IMG/VR virus record: IMGVR_UViG_3300031539_000039
Location: 1 to 55,005 of that record
DNA from: a virus
Lineage: Duplodnaviria; Caudoviricetes
Length of the DNA: 55,005 nucleotides
Strand: one strand, 5' to 3'
Shown: in pieces, positions 44,919 through 52,967 of the stretch
Position numbering within the stretch: position 1 is the first letter of the stretch
Layout of the letters: each line of letters starts with the position of its first letter
Translations under genes and position numbers: made by a program
The notes under the pieces: generated by a model
The model's database searches: none
Told to the model about the DNA's origin: nothing
The model's input: only the letters and a program-made list of their open reading frames with translations

Positions 44919-45097
44919 CCCTGAGCCGCCTCGGGTTCCACATAGACTGGGCATTTGGTGTAGTCGCCGTTGTAGCAGGCCTCGGTGCAGGGCCTGAGAT
45001 ACGTGGTGCCGCCGCCATCTAAGCCCTGCTCTTTTAGCGTGTTGGTGCAACCCTTTATGTGTTCATAACCTATGTCTACGGCGTATGGACAGGTCAT
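44915..45097 (-). CDS. Small Cys-rich protein
   Basis: CPY..C..C...C...CPVY. Confidence 0.55.
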   Translation of the reverse strand: MTCPYAVDIGYEHIKGCTNTLKEQGLDGGGTTYLRPCTEACYNGDYTKCPVYVEPEAAQG

Positions 45098-45285
45098 TTC
45101 AGCGTCTCCATTAGTTTGTTTAGGTTTGCGCCTTCCACTGGGGGGCCATCATACTTGCTGCATCTGCGGGGAAGCGTCCAGTCTGGGATGACGCTCTGCT
45201 TGGCGTAGCACCACCTGTCTGGGACATGGAATTGGCGGCACCAGGTGCAGACCGCGTTTTTCGGTTTAGGAGTGTATAGTACCAT
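45094..45285 (-). CDS. Small Cys-rich protein
   Basis: CTWC..WC..RCSKY. Confidence 0.5.
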   Translation of the reverse strand: MVLYTPKPKNAVCTWCRQFHVPDRWCYAKQSVIPDWTLPRRCSKYDGPPVEGANLNKLMETLK

Positions 45286-46299
45286 CTATCTCCACACCTT
45301 GATACCCTGCTCATGGAGGAACTGCGCCGCCAGGTCCGCGATGTCCGACCCCCTGAAAGGCATCTTAAGCTCCTTCACCTCTCGCATGATCTCGTGGTAG
45401 TGAATCTCCTGGAGCCCCTTGCTCATCCATTCCTCGAGTATCGTCTGCCCCACCTTCTCCGCCGTCCTATACTTCGGCGAGCACAGCCGCATATGCAGCA
45501 GCTGAGCCTCACGCACCTGCTCATTCGTAGCTTCCTGAAGGCCCCAGACCGTTGTGGGCTTCTTCCTGTTTCGCGCAGGTATTTGGGCACGGTGATAATC
45601 GGTGATAAGCCCAGTCATTCGCAGCTGCTCCAGCGCCTCGTAGACGGTTCGCCTCTTAGCGCTGAGCCTGAACCTGAGCGTCCACGCCGTCGCTGCGCCG
45701 TAAACAAGGAAGTACTTGGTGACGGGCCACCGTTTCTCTGAGATTAAAGTGCAAACATCTTGCACTATATCCCGGGTGAGCCCAGTGCCCTTCTCCGAAT
45801 AAGTAGTGCAAGAATGTTGCATTTTATAAATTTCGTTCAGTATATGTTCTATATATATAGTGCAAGATTCTTGCACTGACCCTGAAAGGGGTGCTGCCTT
45901 TTTCTTTAGATTCATTTCGAGGTCGTAGAACTTGTTCTCGACGGCCTTCAGGGTTCTCCCGGGGAAGTGTTTTGTAAGCTCTTCGATGCTGTTCACGGTT
46001 AGGCCTATTGTCTCAATTTTCTGTATCTCGGCGGCGGTCCATCTGGGCGTTTTGTTGATGCCGATCTGTTTTGCCTTGGTCTTTATTGCGTCATAGGTTC
46101 GATCCGGGAAGAGGGCGATTAACTGTTCTTTACTGCATTCTAGGTAACTGTTGATCAATCTCTGCTTCTCCCTGTCAGACCAGACCAGGTCATTGAATTG
46201 GTTGTACCGGGGCTGTTCATATCGTTCTGATAGGAGCGGCTCCTTGAATGGGGTTACCGGGTCAATATTAACCTGGGGTCTCAGCTTCTTCTCGACCAT
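45286..46299 (-). CDS. DNA-binding protein with two Myb/SANT-like repeats and wHTH (candidate replication or regulatory protein)
   Basis: WS..E...L.....LFPDRT..AI..K; WT..E......FPGRT..AV..K. Confidence 0.65.
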   Translation of the reverse strand: MVEKKLRPQVNIDPVTPFKEPLLSERYEQPRYNQFNDLVWSDREKQRLINSYLECSKEQLIALFPDRTYDAIKTKAKQIGINKTPRWTAAEIQKIETIGLTVNSIEELTKHFPGRTLKAVENKFYDLEMNLKKKAAPLSGSVQESCTIYIEHILNEIYKMQHSCTTYSEKGTGLTRDIVQDVCTLISEKRWPVTKYFLVYGAATAWTLRFRLSAKRRTVYEALEQLRMTGLITDYHRAQIPARNRKKPTTVWGLQEATNEQVREAQLLHMRLCSPKYRTAEKVGQTILEEWMSKGLQEIHYHEIMREVKELKMPFRGSDIADLAAQFLHEQGIKVWR

Positions 46300-46997
46300 T
46301 TCTTTATACTCTCCTTCTCAAAGACCTTGATACCGTGGTCTGTCATGGCTTTTAGGAGATATTTGTAAGTTCTCTTGTTGGGCTGGGGGATGTCGATCTT
46401 ATGCCGGTTAGCATAATTGTCGATCCCGATCTCGACGAGTTCGGGGTTTATGTTGAGCACCATGTCTCTCATGTGGTAATAGTTGAAGTGGAATAGCGGT
46501 TCAAGGCTTAGCCGGAGTCTGAAGCCCTGGGCGCCGAAGCGGAGCATAGCCTGGTAGCGGCTGTATATGGTGGGGGCGTTGCTTACTGTTTTGACGATTT
46601 CCTCGTTATCTGTCTGGATCGTGGTGCCGATTATGACCTTGTCCTGTATCCCGTCTAGTTGGGGCATGAATTGCTGGGCACGCCAAACGTTCTGTGATTG
46701 AAGGTAGAAGATGAGGCCGTCGGGTTGGTGACCGATCCAGCGTATCAGTGAGAGGATCCATTCGTCGGGTATGCAGGCGGCGAAGGTGTCGTGGGCGCTG
46801 TTCAGGAAGCAGACGCCCGTCTTCCCCCGGATGATCTGATGCTCATCTGTCTGCACCAGCTTAGGCGCGTGGCTTATAGGTCCGCCGCGCATAAACTTAG
46901 TCCAGCAATAGACACAATCGTGATCGCAGCCCTGGTAGAAAGTGGCGGTCCAATCAACCGACTTGAACATTCTACCCTTCGATGTCCTCAACTGCAC
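46281..46997 (-). CDS. Radical SAM protein (SplB/DUF5131-like)
   Basis: GCDHDCVYCW, IIGTTI, LSLEPL. Confidence 0.85.
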   Translation of the reverse strand: MQLRTSKGRMFKSVDWTATFYQGCDHDCVYCWTKFMRGGPISHAPKLVQTDEHQIIRGKTGVCFLNSAHDTFAACIPDEWILSLIRWIGHQPDGLIFYLQSQNVWRAQQFMPQLDGIQDKVIIGTTIQTDNEEIVKTVSNAPTIYSRYQAMLRFGAQGFRLRLSLEPLFHFNYYHMRDMVLNINPELVEIGIDNYANRHKIDIPQPNKRTYKYLLKAMTDHGIKVFEKESIKKWSRRS

Positions 46998-47247
46998 TTT
47001 TACTTACCTCTCTCTCTATGCGTCGCCACCTGATGGCTATGTCGTTACCGTTACTTTGGCGTTGGACAGTGCCTTCTATGCGTCCCTCGAGAGCAAGCCC
47101 CGTGAGTTGGGTTCTGTACCATTTATGTGAGTGACTCTCCTTGGTTCTTTTGGATACATAGTTTATCATCCTGAATATCTCGATGTATCCGGGGCGTTCA
47201 TTGATGTAGTCGAGGATGGCTTGGGATATGGGGCCGAGTTCAGCCAC
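46972..47247 (-). CDS. wHTH-like protein
   Basis: Helical N-terminus plus wing; RBS present. Confidence 0.5.
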   Translation of the reverse strand: MAELGPISQAILDYINERPGYIEIFRMINYVSKRTKESHSHKWYRTQLTGLALEGRIEGTVQRQSNGNDIAIRWRRIEREVSKSAVEDIEG

Positions 47248-47398
47248 GGTCCTCAGCCTCCTTCTTTCTCGGCGTGAAAGTGTCCTTCGTCCCTCTCAAT
47301 CCGCACCCGGGGCAGCGGAAGTCGCCCCACGCCTTCTCAGGGACCGGGTCGTAGAACTCGGCCCGTATTCCCTCTTGGCCAAAGTCTGGGCACTTCAT
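47240..47398 (-). CDS. Small Zn-ribbon protein
   Basis: MKCPD...FRCPGCG; below ORF-track cutoff. Confidence 0.5.
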   Translation of the reverse strand: MKCPDFGQEGIRAEFYDPVPEKAWGDFRCPGCGLRGTKDTFTPRKKEAEDRG

Positions 47399-47399
47399 G

Positions 47400-47699
47400 T
47401 CAGCCCTCAGCCTCCGCCCAAACGGGTGTTTTTATGTATTTTTCAGCACCAATATAGATGGAATGATCTGGGTTAGGTAGGTGTCGCTTATTTTTGTAAG
47501 TGTCACACTCTTCTCTGGTGTGCTGTGCCTCTTTTCCGATTATAGCCTTACCGCAAACACGGCAGATATATCCGCCTTCTAGGTAACTAAATGCCCCCAT
47601 ATAGCTAAATGGGTCGCCTCTGGCTGCAATTACATATCCTAGAACGCCTGATCCCCCAACAAAACCAGATATTAATAACCCGACGAGACAATTATTCAT
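47400..47699 (-). CDS. Membrane-anchored Zn-finger protein
   Basis: N-terminal TM, CRVCG. Confidence 0.55.
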   Translation of the reverse strand: MNNCLVGLLISGFVGGSGVLGYVIAARGDPFSYMGAFSYLEGGYICRVCGKAIIGKEAQHTREECDTYKNKRHLPNPDHSIYIGAEKYIKTPVWAEAEG

Positions 47700-47852
47700 C
47701 TACTCCTCAGCCTCCTCAGTTTCTAAATCTTTAAGGAGACTTAGTAAGACGGCCTTGATGTCCTCATTCGTTTCCAGTTCGGATTCACAATATAAGCCCC
47801 ATTTTAGAGTTTGCTGATCTTCAGTGAGAGTTTTGTCTTCCTTCCACTTCAT
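47700..47852 (-). CDS. Small acidic protein
   Basis: MKWKEDK...EEAEE*; coupled both sides. Confidence 0.5.
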   Translation of the reverse strand: MKWKEDKTLTEDQQTLKWGLYCESELETNEDIKAVLLSLLKDLETEEAEE

Positions 47853-48340
47853 CAGCTCTCAGCCTCCCTCCGGATGAAGGGCAAGGCAGGAGGCCCCCCC
47901 GTGGCGATTGTTTCCACTATGTGCTCCCTGACCGTCGGCTCCCGGCCGTCGGGCAGCATCATAACCATATGGTCGCTGAACTCCTCGACGGCGCCGCTGA
48001 TGCCCATGATCACGGCGTAGAGTCTGTGTTCCAAGTAGTCGTGGAAGAACCGCCAGCTCGTGGACTCCAGGTACTTGTTACCACTCTTCTGCTTCACATA
48101 GATCTTGGGGACCTCGAACCGGAAATGGAAGACCTTGACGTCGCCGCCGCTACGGTCCACCACCTCGAAGGCGAGTATGTCTCGACCGCCCTTGGTCGCC
48201 CAGGCCCGGGTGTCGATGCCTGCCTCGACGAGCAGGCCCTCGATCATGCCTCTGAGCCTGAGTTGACCGAGCTTGCTTCCACGGCCGGGGAGCCTCCTCA
48301 GCTGCTGCTTGGTAAGTATGATCCTGTGATCCTGGCTCAT
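47852..48340 (-). CDS. Hypothetical protein
   Basis: 162-aa coupled ORF. Confidence 0.65.
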   Translation of the reverse strand: MSQDHRIILTKQQLRRLPGRGSKLGQLRLRGMIEGLLVEAGIDTRAWATKGGRDILAFEVVDRSGGDVKVFHFRFEVPKIYVKQKSGNKYLESTSWRFFHDYLEHRLYAVIMGISGAVEEFSDHMVMMLPDGREPTVREHIVETIATGGPPALPFIRREAES

Positions 48341-48621
48341 AGCTTCTCCTCCTTTTCCTTACGGTACATAGCGTCCAGCCGTTTCAGGCCGTGGGAGTGG
48401 TAAGAGGCTTTATGGTACTGGCATAGCGGGATCACGAGAATGTCGCCTTTATCTCTGAGGTTTGGTGGGTAGTAGGCGGTTGGGTATGCGGGGCGGCCGC
48501 AGAGTAGGCATAGCTTCTCACCGTAACGCCAGGGTCCAGCATACTTTTCGTGTATTTTGAAGCCTATCTGGCTCGAGGCGACTATATCCTCCTTTGTCTC
48601 TGGGGCTGTGTTTTTATTCAT
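48337..48621 (-). CDS. Zn-binding protein (HNH-like remnant)
   Basis: CLLCG...IPLC..H...H. Confidence 0.55.
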   Translation of the reverse strand: MNKNTAPETKEDIVASSQIGFKIHEKYAGPWRYGEKLCLLCGRPAYPTAYYPPNLRDKGDILVIPLCQYHKASYHSHGLKRLDAMYRKEKEEKL

Positions 48622-48877
48622 TTTTGGTGTACTCTTCTATCTTGTATGCTTTCTTGCAATGTCCACACCGGTACTTCATGTAGTTCTCCTCCCAGCCCCG
48701 CAGATGTTGGTTGGTAGTCTCGCCGCAGTCGGGGCACTTAGGAGTTATTTTCTGCTCCTCCGTGTAGGGATTCAAGTTGCCACATTTCTGGCAGACATAT
48801 TTACCGTCCCGGAGAAAGTGGCGCACCATCATATCGCATTCCGGGCAATATAGGTACTCAGTTTCCTTAGCGGTCAT
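48614..48877 (-). CDS. Double Zn-ribbon protein
   Basis: CPEC, CQKC, CPDC, CGHC. Confidence 0.65.
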   Translation of the reverse strand: MTAKETEYLYCPECDMMVRHFLRDGKYVCQKCGNLNPYTEEQKITPKCPDCGETTNQHLRGWEENYMKYRCGHCKKAYKIEEYTKNE

Positions 48878-49776
48878 CAGCCTATCACGTCTTTTTTGTT
48901 GAGCCGCCAAACGTTATTGCGTCTGACGAAGCTGACTGCAAGCAGAACGCCGTCTACATCCGGCATGACCTCCGCCGGAATTGCCTTCACGGGTTTCACG
49001 GTGATCTTCACGTTGTCCGACTTCACCTCCCAATCAGCCACATTGAATCCGGCATGCTTCATCCAGTTCTCAGTCATCTCCTTGGCTTGGCCCCATGAAT
49101 CCTCGGCCCGGTTCAACTCATCAGTGAGCAACCAGTCCGGTATCCTGAGCTCAGCGGGCTTCACGAAGTCCACGATTTTGACGTCTGTGTCTACCTTTTT
49201 TCTTGGCGTGGTTTCAATGTCGGTGTCGTCAGCATAGACTAGCCCCATCTCCTCAGCACTCACCTCGGCGCTTCCCACATAGTTGCTCACGGCCCTGTTC
49301 CAAGCCCGAGTCTTCGCGGTCCCCAAGCAGCGATGATACCATTTCGGTGACAGGTTGTTTGTCATGGCGAGCTCGGAGATTGTGCAGGCTCCCTCACCCC
49401 ATGCATATCGGCCTGAGTCGATGTTGATCACCCGTACCTTGGCTTCGAACCCGAAGATGTCGGTGGTGAAGATCTCAGTTTTTTCTCGTCTTCTCACGAA
49501 GTGCTTGAAAGTGTATTCGACTGGTTCTTCCTCGAGAATCTTTGTGATCTCCGGCTTATCATCGCTTAGGAAGAAACCCTGGTGTAGTTTTGCAAAGCCG
49601 GACCGGCACGTGTATTGCCGGTTCCCATCGATAACGTAGTCTTTCCCCTCGACCATCAAGGTTTTCTTTACTTGGGCCACGTAGTTCGTAAGCTTGGTGA
49701 GTTCCTCGATAGGCATCATCGGGATAGCGAGCGCCAGCTTGTCAGTGTTTGCTAGGGACTTGTCCTCATCAACCAT
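48877..49776 (-). CDS. Putative single-strand annealing/recombination protein
   Basis: GKDY...SGFAKL; GEGAC...E; TAKTRAWNRAV....G..EVSAEE. Confidence 0.65.
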   Translation of the reverse strand: MVDEDKSLANTDKLALAIPMMPIEELTKLTNYVAQVKKTLMVEGKDYVIDGNRQYTCRSGFAKLHQGFFLSDDKPEITKILEEEPVEYTFKHFVRRREKTEIFTTDIFGFEAKVRVINIDSGRYAWGEGACTISELAMTNNLSPKWYHRCLGTAKTRAWNRAVSNYVGSAEVSAEEMGLVYADDTDIETTPRKKVDTDVKIVDFVKPAELRIPDWLLTDELNRAEDSWGQAKEMTENWMKHAGFNVADWEVKSDNVKITVKPVKAIPAEVMPDVDGVLLAVSFVRRNNVWRLNKKDVIG

Positions 49777-49878
49777 TGTTGTTAGCCTCCCTCTTGCTCC
49801 TTTTAACAGCCTTCCTCAAGGCATTGCGAGCATCCAGCCGAAGCCACCACTCCTCCGAATAGGGTTTAGGGTTGCTCA

Positions 49879-50127
49879 TCAGCCTTCCTCCTGGTATTCG
49901 TCGAGCTTCTTCGGAATGGCTGGCTTGAACTCAACGATGACGTCGTCCCCGGGCTCCGCGGTTCTGTAGAAGTCCTGGGCGCCCTCCTCGATGACCAGCC
50001 TTATCCTCCTGTAGAGGGGCTCACCCTTCTTACCCACGGTGTGGACGAGGGTGGTCTTGTATGTGATTCCCAGCTCTACGTCGTCGTAGAGCCGGGTCTT
50101 CCCCTTAGTCTTCAGCAGTTCCTTCAT
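49879..50127 (-). CDS. Hypothetical protein
   Basis: Coupled ORF. Confidence 0.55.
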   Translation of the reverse strand: MKELLKTKGKTRLYDDVELGITYKTTLVHTVGKKGEPLYRRIRLVIEEGAQDFYRTAEPGDDVIVEFKPAIPKKLDEYQEEG

Positions 50128-50423
50128 ACTTGCTTGGCCTCCTCTGGCGTCTGTTCGGATTTATAATAGCCTGAGATATTGTTGTAGCTAATCTCAACCT
50201 CAAACCCACGGCAAGCAGCTATTTCCTTCAGATGTTGTTCGAGGTAAGGATGAGTGCCAGTGAGTTGTACCTGAATTGCTGAATGTTGAGGTGTTTTTCC
50301 CATATTCCAACCTCCAGATAGATGAGACTCTAAAACGGGACGAAGGCACTGGAACTCATAGCAATCTACAGGCATCTTAAATCTATCAATTCCGAGAAGC
50401 TTACGAAGTCGTTTCACTACCAC
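50124..50423 (-). CDS. Hypothetical protein
   Basis: Coupled ORF. Confidence 0.5.
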   Translation of the reverse strand: MVVKRLRKLLGIDRFKMPVDCYEFQCLRPVLESHLSGGWNMGKTPQHSAIQVQLTGTHPYLEQHLKEIAACRGFEVEISYNNISGYYKSEQTPEEAKQV

Positions 50424-50932
50424 TACTCCTCAGCCTCCTCGGCGGCTTCCCATGCATCCCTGACGATGCTGAAGATGGCTTCCTTAAGCGGGTGGGTTAT
50501 GTGTATGCCTTTCTCGGTCTGTATGATGCGCTCCATCTCCTCGATCAGTGTCTCAAGCGCCAAAGAGTGGGGGTCATCCTTGTCTTCATTTTTTCCATAT
50601 TCCTTCTTCAGCTTCTTGATGAACCTCTGATAGACTGTTTCTCTGAAGTTTTGCTCGGTATCGTCTGTCGGGCTGTAGACCCGGTGGTGCCCGCCTTTGC
50701 CTGTCTTCTCTATGTAGGTTAGGAGCCCCTCGTCGGCCATGTAGTTGAGGAAGTTGATCACCGATGCCCGGCTCACGGCAACATCGCCGCCCACATCCTG
50801 TAGGTGCTGGTGAGCCTCTCTGCTGATCATGGGTTTCTTGGCGGTCCATAAGTGGCGCATGATCTCAGCCTGCCAGGGCTTGAGCACGCACAGCAGACCG
50901 TTCTGGGCTAAGTCGAATTTAAGAGTGCTCAT
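50423..50932 (-). CDS. Winged-helix transcriptional regulator (BlaI/MecI-like)
   Basis: IM..LW, SRE.H, SRASVINFLN.M...G.L....TGKGGHHRVY. Confidence 0.75.
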   Translation of the reverse strand: MSTLKFDLAQNGLLCVLKPWQAEIMRHLWTAKKPMISREAHQHLQDVGGDVAVSRASVINFLNYMADEGLLTYIEKTGKGGHHRVYSPTDDTEQNFRETVYQRFIKKLKKEYGKNEDKDDPHSLALETLIEEMERIIQTEKGIHITHPLKEAIFSIVRDAWEAAEEAEE

Positions 50933-51237
50933 GACTCCTCAGCCTCCTTCCTGCTTGCCTCGAGGCCTGCCCAGCACACGGGTCCTATCCCACGATCCAC
51001 GCTCTCCGCGACCCTAAGCAGACGACCGCAGACACGGCACCGGGAGGACCCCGACGGATCATCGATAACAGTTCTACGGCTCCTCTCCTTAGCCTCCTCA
51101 TGAAGACACTTCAAGCAGATGTTCTGGTGGCCGTGGGCGCTGGTCTTGTTCTTCGCGAAGGTGCCGAGGTCATCCTCGGTAAGCGCCTCGAGGCCGCACA
51201 CCCGGCAGACTCTTAGCGGCTTAATATCTTGGCTCAT
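50929..51237 (-). CDS. Zn-finger protein (DUF6011-like)
   Basis: CRVCGR.L...ES..RGIGPVC. Confidence 0.7.
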   Translation of the reverse strand: MSQDIKPLRVCRVCGLEALTEDDLGTFAKNKTSAHGHQNICLKCLHEEAKERSRRTVIDDPSGSSRCRVCGRLLRVAESVDRGIGPVCWAGLEASRKEAEES

Positions 51238-51410
51238 TTTCCTTTTATCTCCTCCCCGCTTCCTGCGGGGCTGTCCGGATACATTGTCCCGAGCATCTTA
51301 CGGAGTAAGTCAGGCATACTGAGACCCTCAGCCTTAGCTATGCCCTGAATCCGATCATACAGTGCGTCGGGCACGGTGACTTGTTTAAAGCCTGGTTTTG
51401 GCGTTTTCAT
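51234..51410 (-). CDS. Ribbon-helix-helix regulator, first gene of early operon
   Basis: GFKQVTVPDALYDRIQGIAKAEGLSMPDLLRKML; below ORF-track cutoff. Confidence 0.75.
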   Translation of the reverse strand: MKTPKPGFKQVTVPDALYDRIQGIAKAEGLSMPDLLRKMLGTMYPDSPAGSGEEIKGK

Positions 51411-51422
51411 CACCGATAAATT

Positions 51423-51488
51423 GGTACGGGTAACAATTATTTAAAACCACCTATTCATAAAATATGGTGGGTAATTACGCCCTTTATT
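51423..51488 (-). promoter_or_regulatory. Main early promoter region: TTTAAATA box, ATTGTTACCCGTACC element, and 18-bp motif copy 2
   Basis: Shares a 15-mer with 42205 and an 18-mer with 33467. Confidence 0.65.
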
Positions 51489-51545
51489 ATTTATTGTCTG
51501 TTGGGGCGTGACAAAAAGCCCCCTGACGCGTAGGTGAATAAAACT

Positions 51546-52547
51546 TTAGGATGGGGTAAGACTCATCCATGCGGCGTCCCCGCTGTCCCCGCCTTCCAGC
51601 ATGGCCTCTGTGAGGATCAAGTCGTCGAACTCTATATATCCGGCGCTGCCATAATTCACGATGCCGTGGGCGCAGTCATCCGTTATGACCCCTTTCGTGT
51701 ATTCGCTTGTTCTACCTACCTTGTGCAACGTGTCGCCGATGTTGGCCTCATGGATGTCCACATCGACGGGGATCCACCCCGTCTCCACTATGTTTCTTGC
51801 CTTGCAGAAGAAGCTCGCCAGATCAGAGCCAGCGAAGCCCAAACCAACGAACCCTGAGAAGTCCTCGACGCCATGAATCGCAAGTTTATAATCCACTGTG
51901 GGCTCCGCCACGGCGAAGTCTATCTTATTCTCACCCTCTACGAAGGTTGTGAATCTGCTCTGTCTACCTGCCAGTCGCGAGGTCGTGTTCAAGCCTGCCA
52001 CCACACTACGTGCGAGGGGGCAGTCACTAATGCCACCGTAAAGTTGCTTGTGCCACAGATACTCGGCGACCTGATCAGCGGGGAGATGTCCATCATCATG
52101 ACGACCAGGCTGAACTATTCTCTTCTCAAGGCTACCCGGGTTCGCTGGGTTCGATGCGAACACATGAGAATTACTTCCAAGAGCGACAGTATCCTTCTCA
52201 AAGTACCATCCAAGGGTGCCGGCGGTGATCGCCCAGTTCCCTATGCTTATCCCCGCCTCTAGGGGGCGCACCCTCTCCGTGTAGGCCTTCGGGGACGCCA
52301 TCAAGGGCGGTATAACCATCTCCCCGATGACAACCACGTCAGTCGCGACACCCTCAATTTCAGACGGTATCACATCGACAAGGGACAAGGCTGAAAGGGG
52401 CAGCTTCTCCACGACGTAGACTCTGAACACCTCCTCCTTAACGACGCGACCATCCCTGAAGCGGCTTCTCAGCTTCTTAGAGTAACCCTGAACGTTCCTC
52501 CTCCACTTTACCTTTTTCCACAGGTTTTCAAGTTTCAAAGCCTTCAT
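51546..52547 (-). CDS. Trypsin-like (S1) serine protease with N-terminal prodomain
   Basis: AGTLG, SNSHV (His), IDFAV (Asp), GGDSG (Ser), KVGRTS; start probably ATG 52547. Confidence 0.85.
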   Translation of the reverse strand: MKALKLENLWKKVKWRRNVQGYSKKLRSRFRDGRVVKEEVFRVYVVEKLPLSALSLVDVIPSEIEGVATDVVVIGEMVIPPLMASPKAYTERVRPLEAGISIGNWAITAGTLGWYFEKDTVALGSNSHVFASNPANPGSLEKRIVQPGRHDDGHLPADQVAEYLWHKQLYGGISDCPLARSVVAGLNTTSRLAGRQSRFTTFVEGENKIDFAVAEPTVDYKLAIHGVEDFSGFVGLGFAGSDLASFFCKARNIVETGWIPVDVDIHEANIGDTLHKVGRTSEYTKGVITDDCAHGIVNYGSAGYIEFDDLILTEAMLEGGDSGDAAWMSLTPS

Positions 52548-52577
52548 TCCTCCCGATTCATATGGAGGGGTGTTGGA

Positions 52578-52592
52578 CAATATATATAAAAC
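52578..52592. promoter_or_regulatory. Bidirectional TATA tract between protease and rSAM operon
   Basis: AATATATATAAAA between divergent starts. Confidence 0.5.
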
Positions 52593-52607
52593 AAGCCCAC
52601 CGCGTAG

Positions 52608-52949
52608 ATGACGGTGACGATGAATAACAAAAAGGTTATAGTGGTCGCTCTCATAGCGACGCTTCTCGGCGGAGTCATGGGCGGAGTCTTTGCGCAGCAT
52701 CAAAGGGCTGTGAAGATCAACGAACTTAAGGGAGAACTTGAAGAAACGGCTGATACATGTAGGCAGTACGGTGAGAGAATAGCAGAACTTGAGAATGCCA
52801 TAGACGTCATAGTGATGGAGAGGACGATGTACATCGAGTTGTCGTTCGCGGAGATCCAGAGGCTTAGAGTGGAACTCGAAGCCACGAAGCAGCTCCTCGC
52901 CGATTTAAACCAGACATCCTACCCTTGTTTTTATAACGTTACGAAATAG
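52608..52949 (+). CDS. Membrane-anchored or secreted coiled-coil protein
   Basis: MNNKKVIVVALIATLLGG... then heptads. Confidence 0.7.
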   Translation: MTVTMNNKKVIVVALIATLLGGVMGGVFAQHQRAVKINELKGELEETADTCRQYGERIAELENAIDVIVMERTMYIELSFAEIQRLRVELEATKQLLADLNQTSYPCFYNVTK

Positions 52950-52967
52950 CGTATAGTAGGTGATAAT

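Noticed and set aside
3786-52262. Numerous plus-strand ORFs in the ORF track within this interval (e.g. 9908-10621, 20141-20773)
   Set aside because: Antisense shadows of well-supported minus-strand genes with no recognisable motifs.
52548-52703. Long N-terminal extension of the protease ORF, and similar extensions at 19633, 24248, 27739, 37948 and 45050
   Set aside because: They overlap neighbouring genes or promoters; downstream starts with SD or stop-start coupling fit better.
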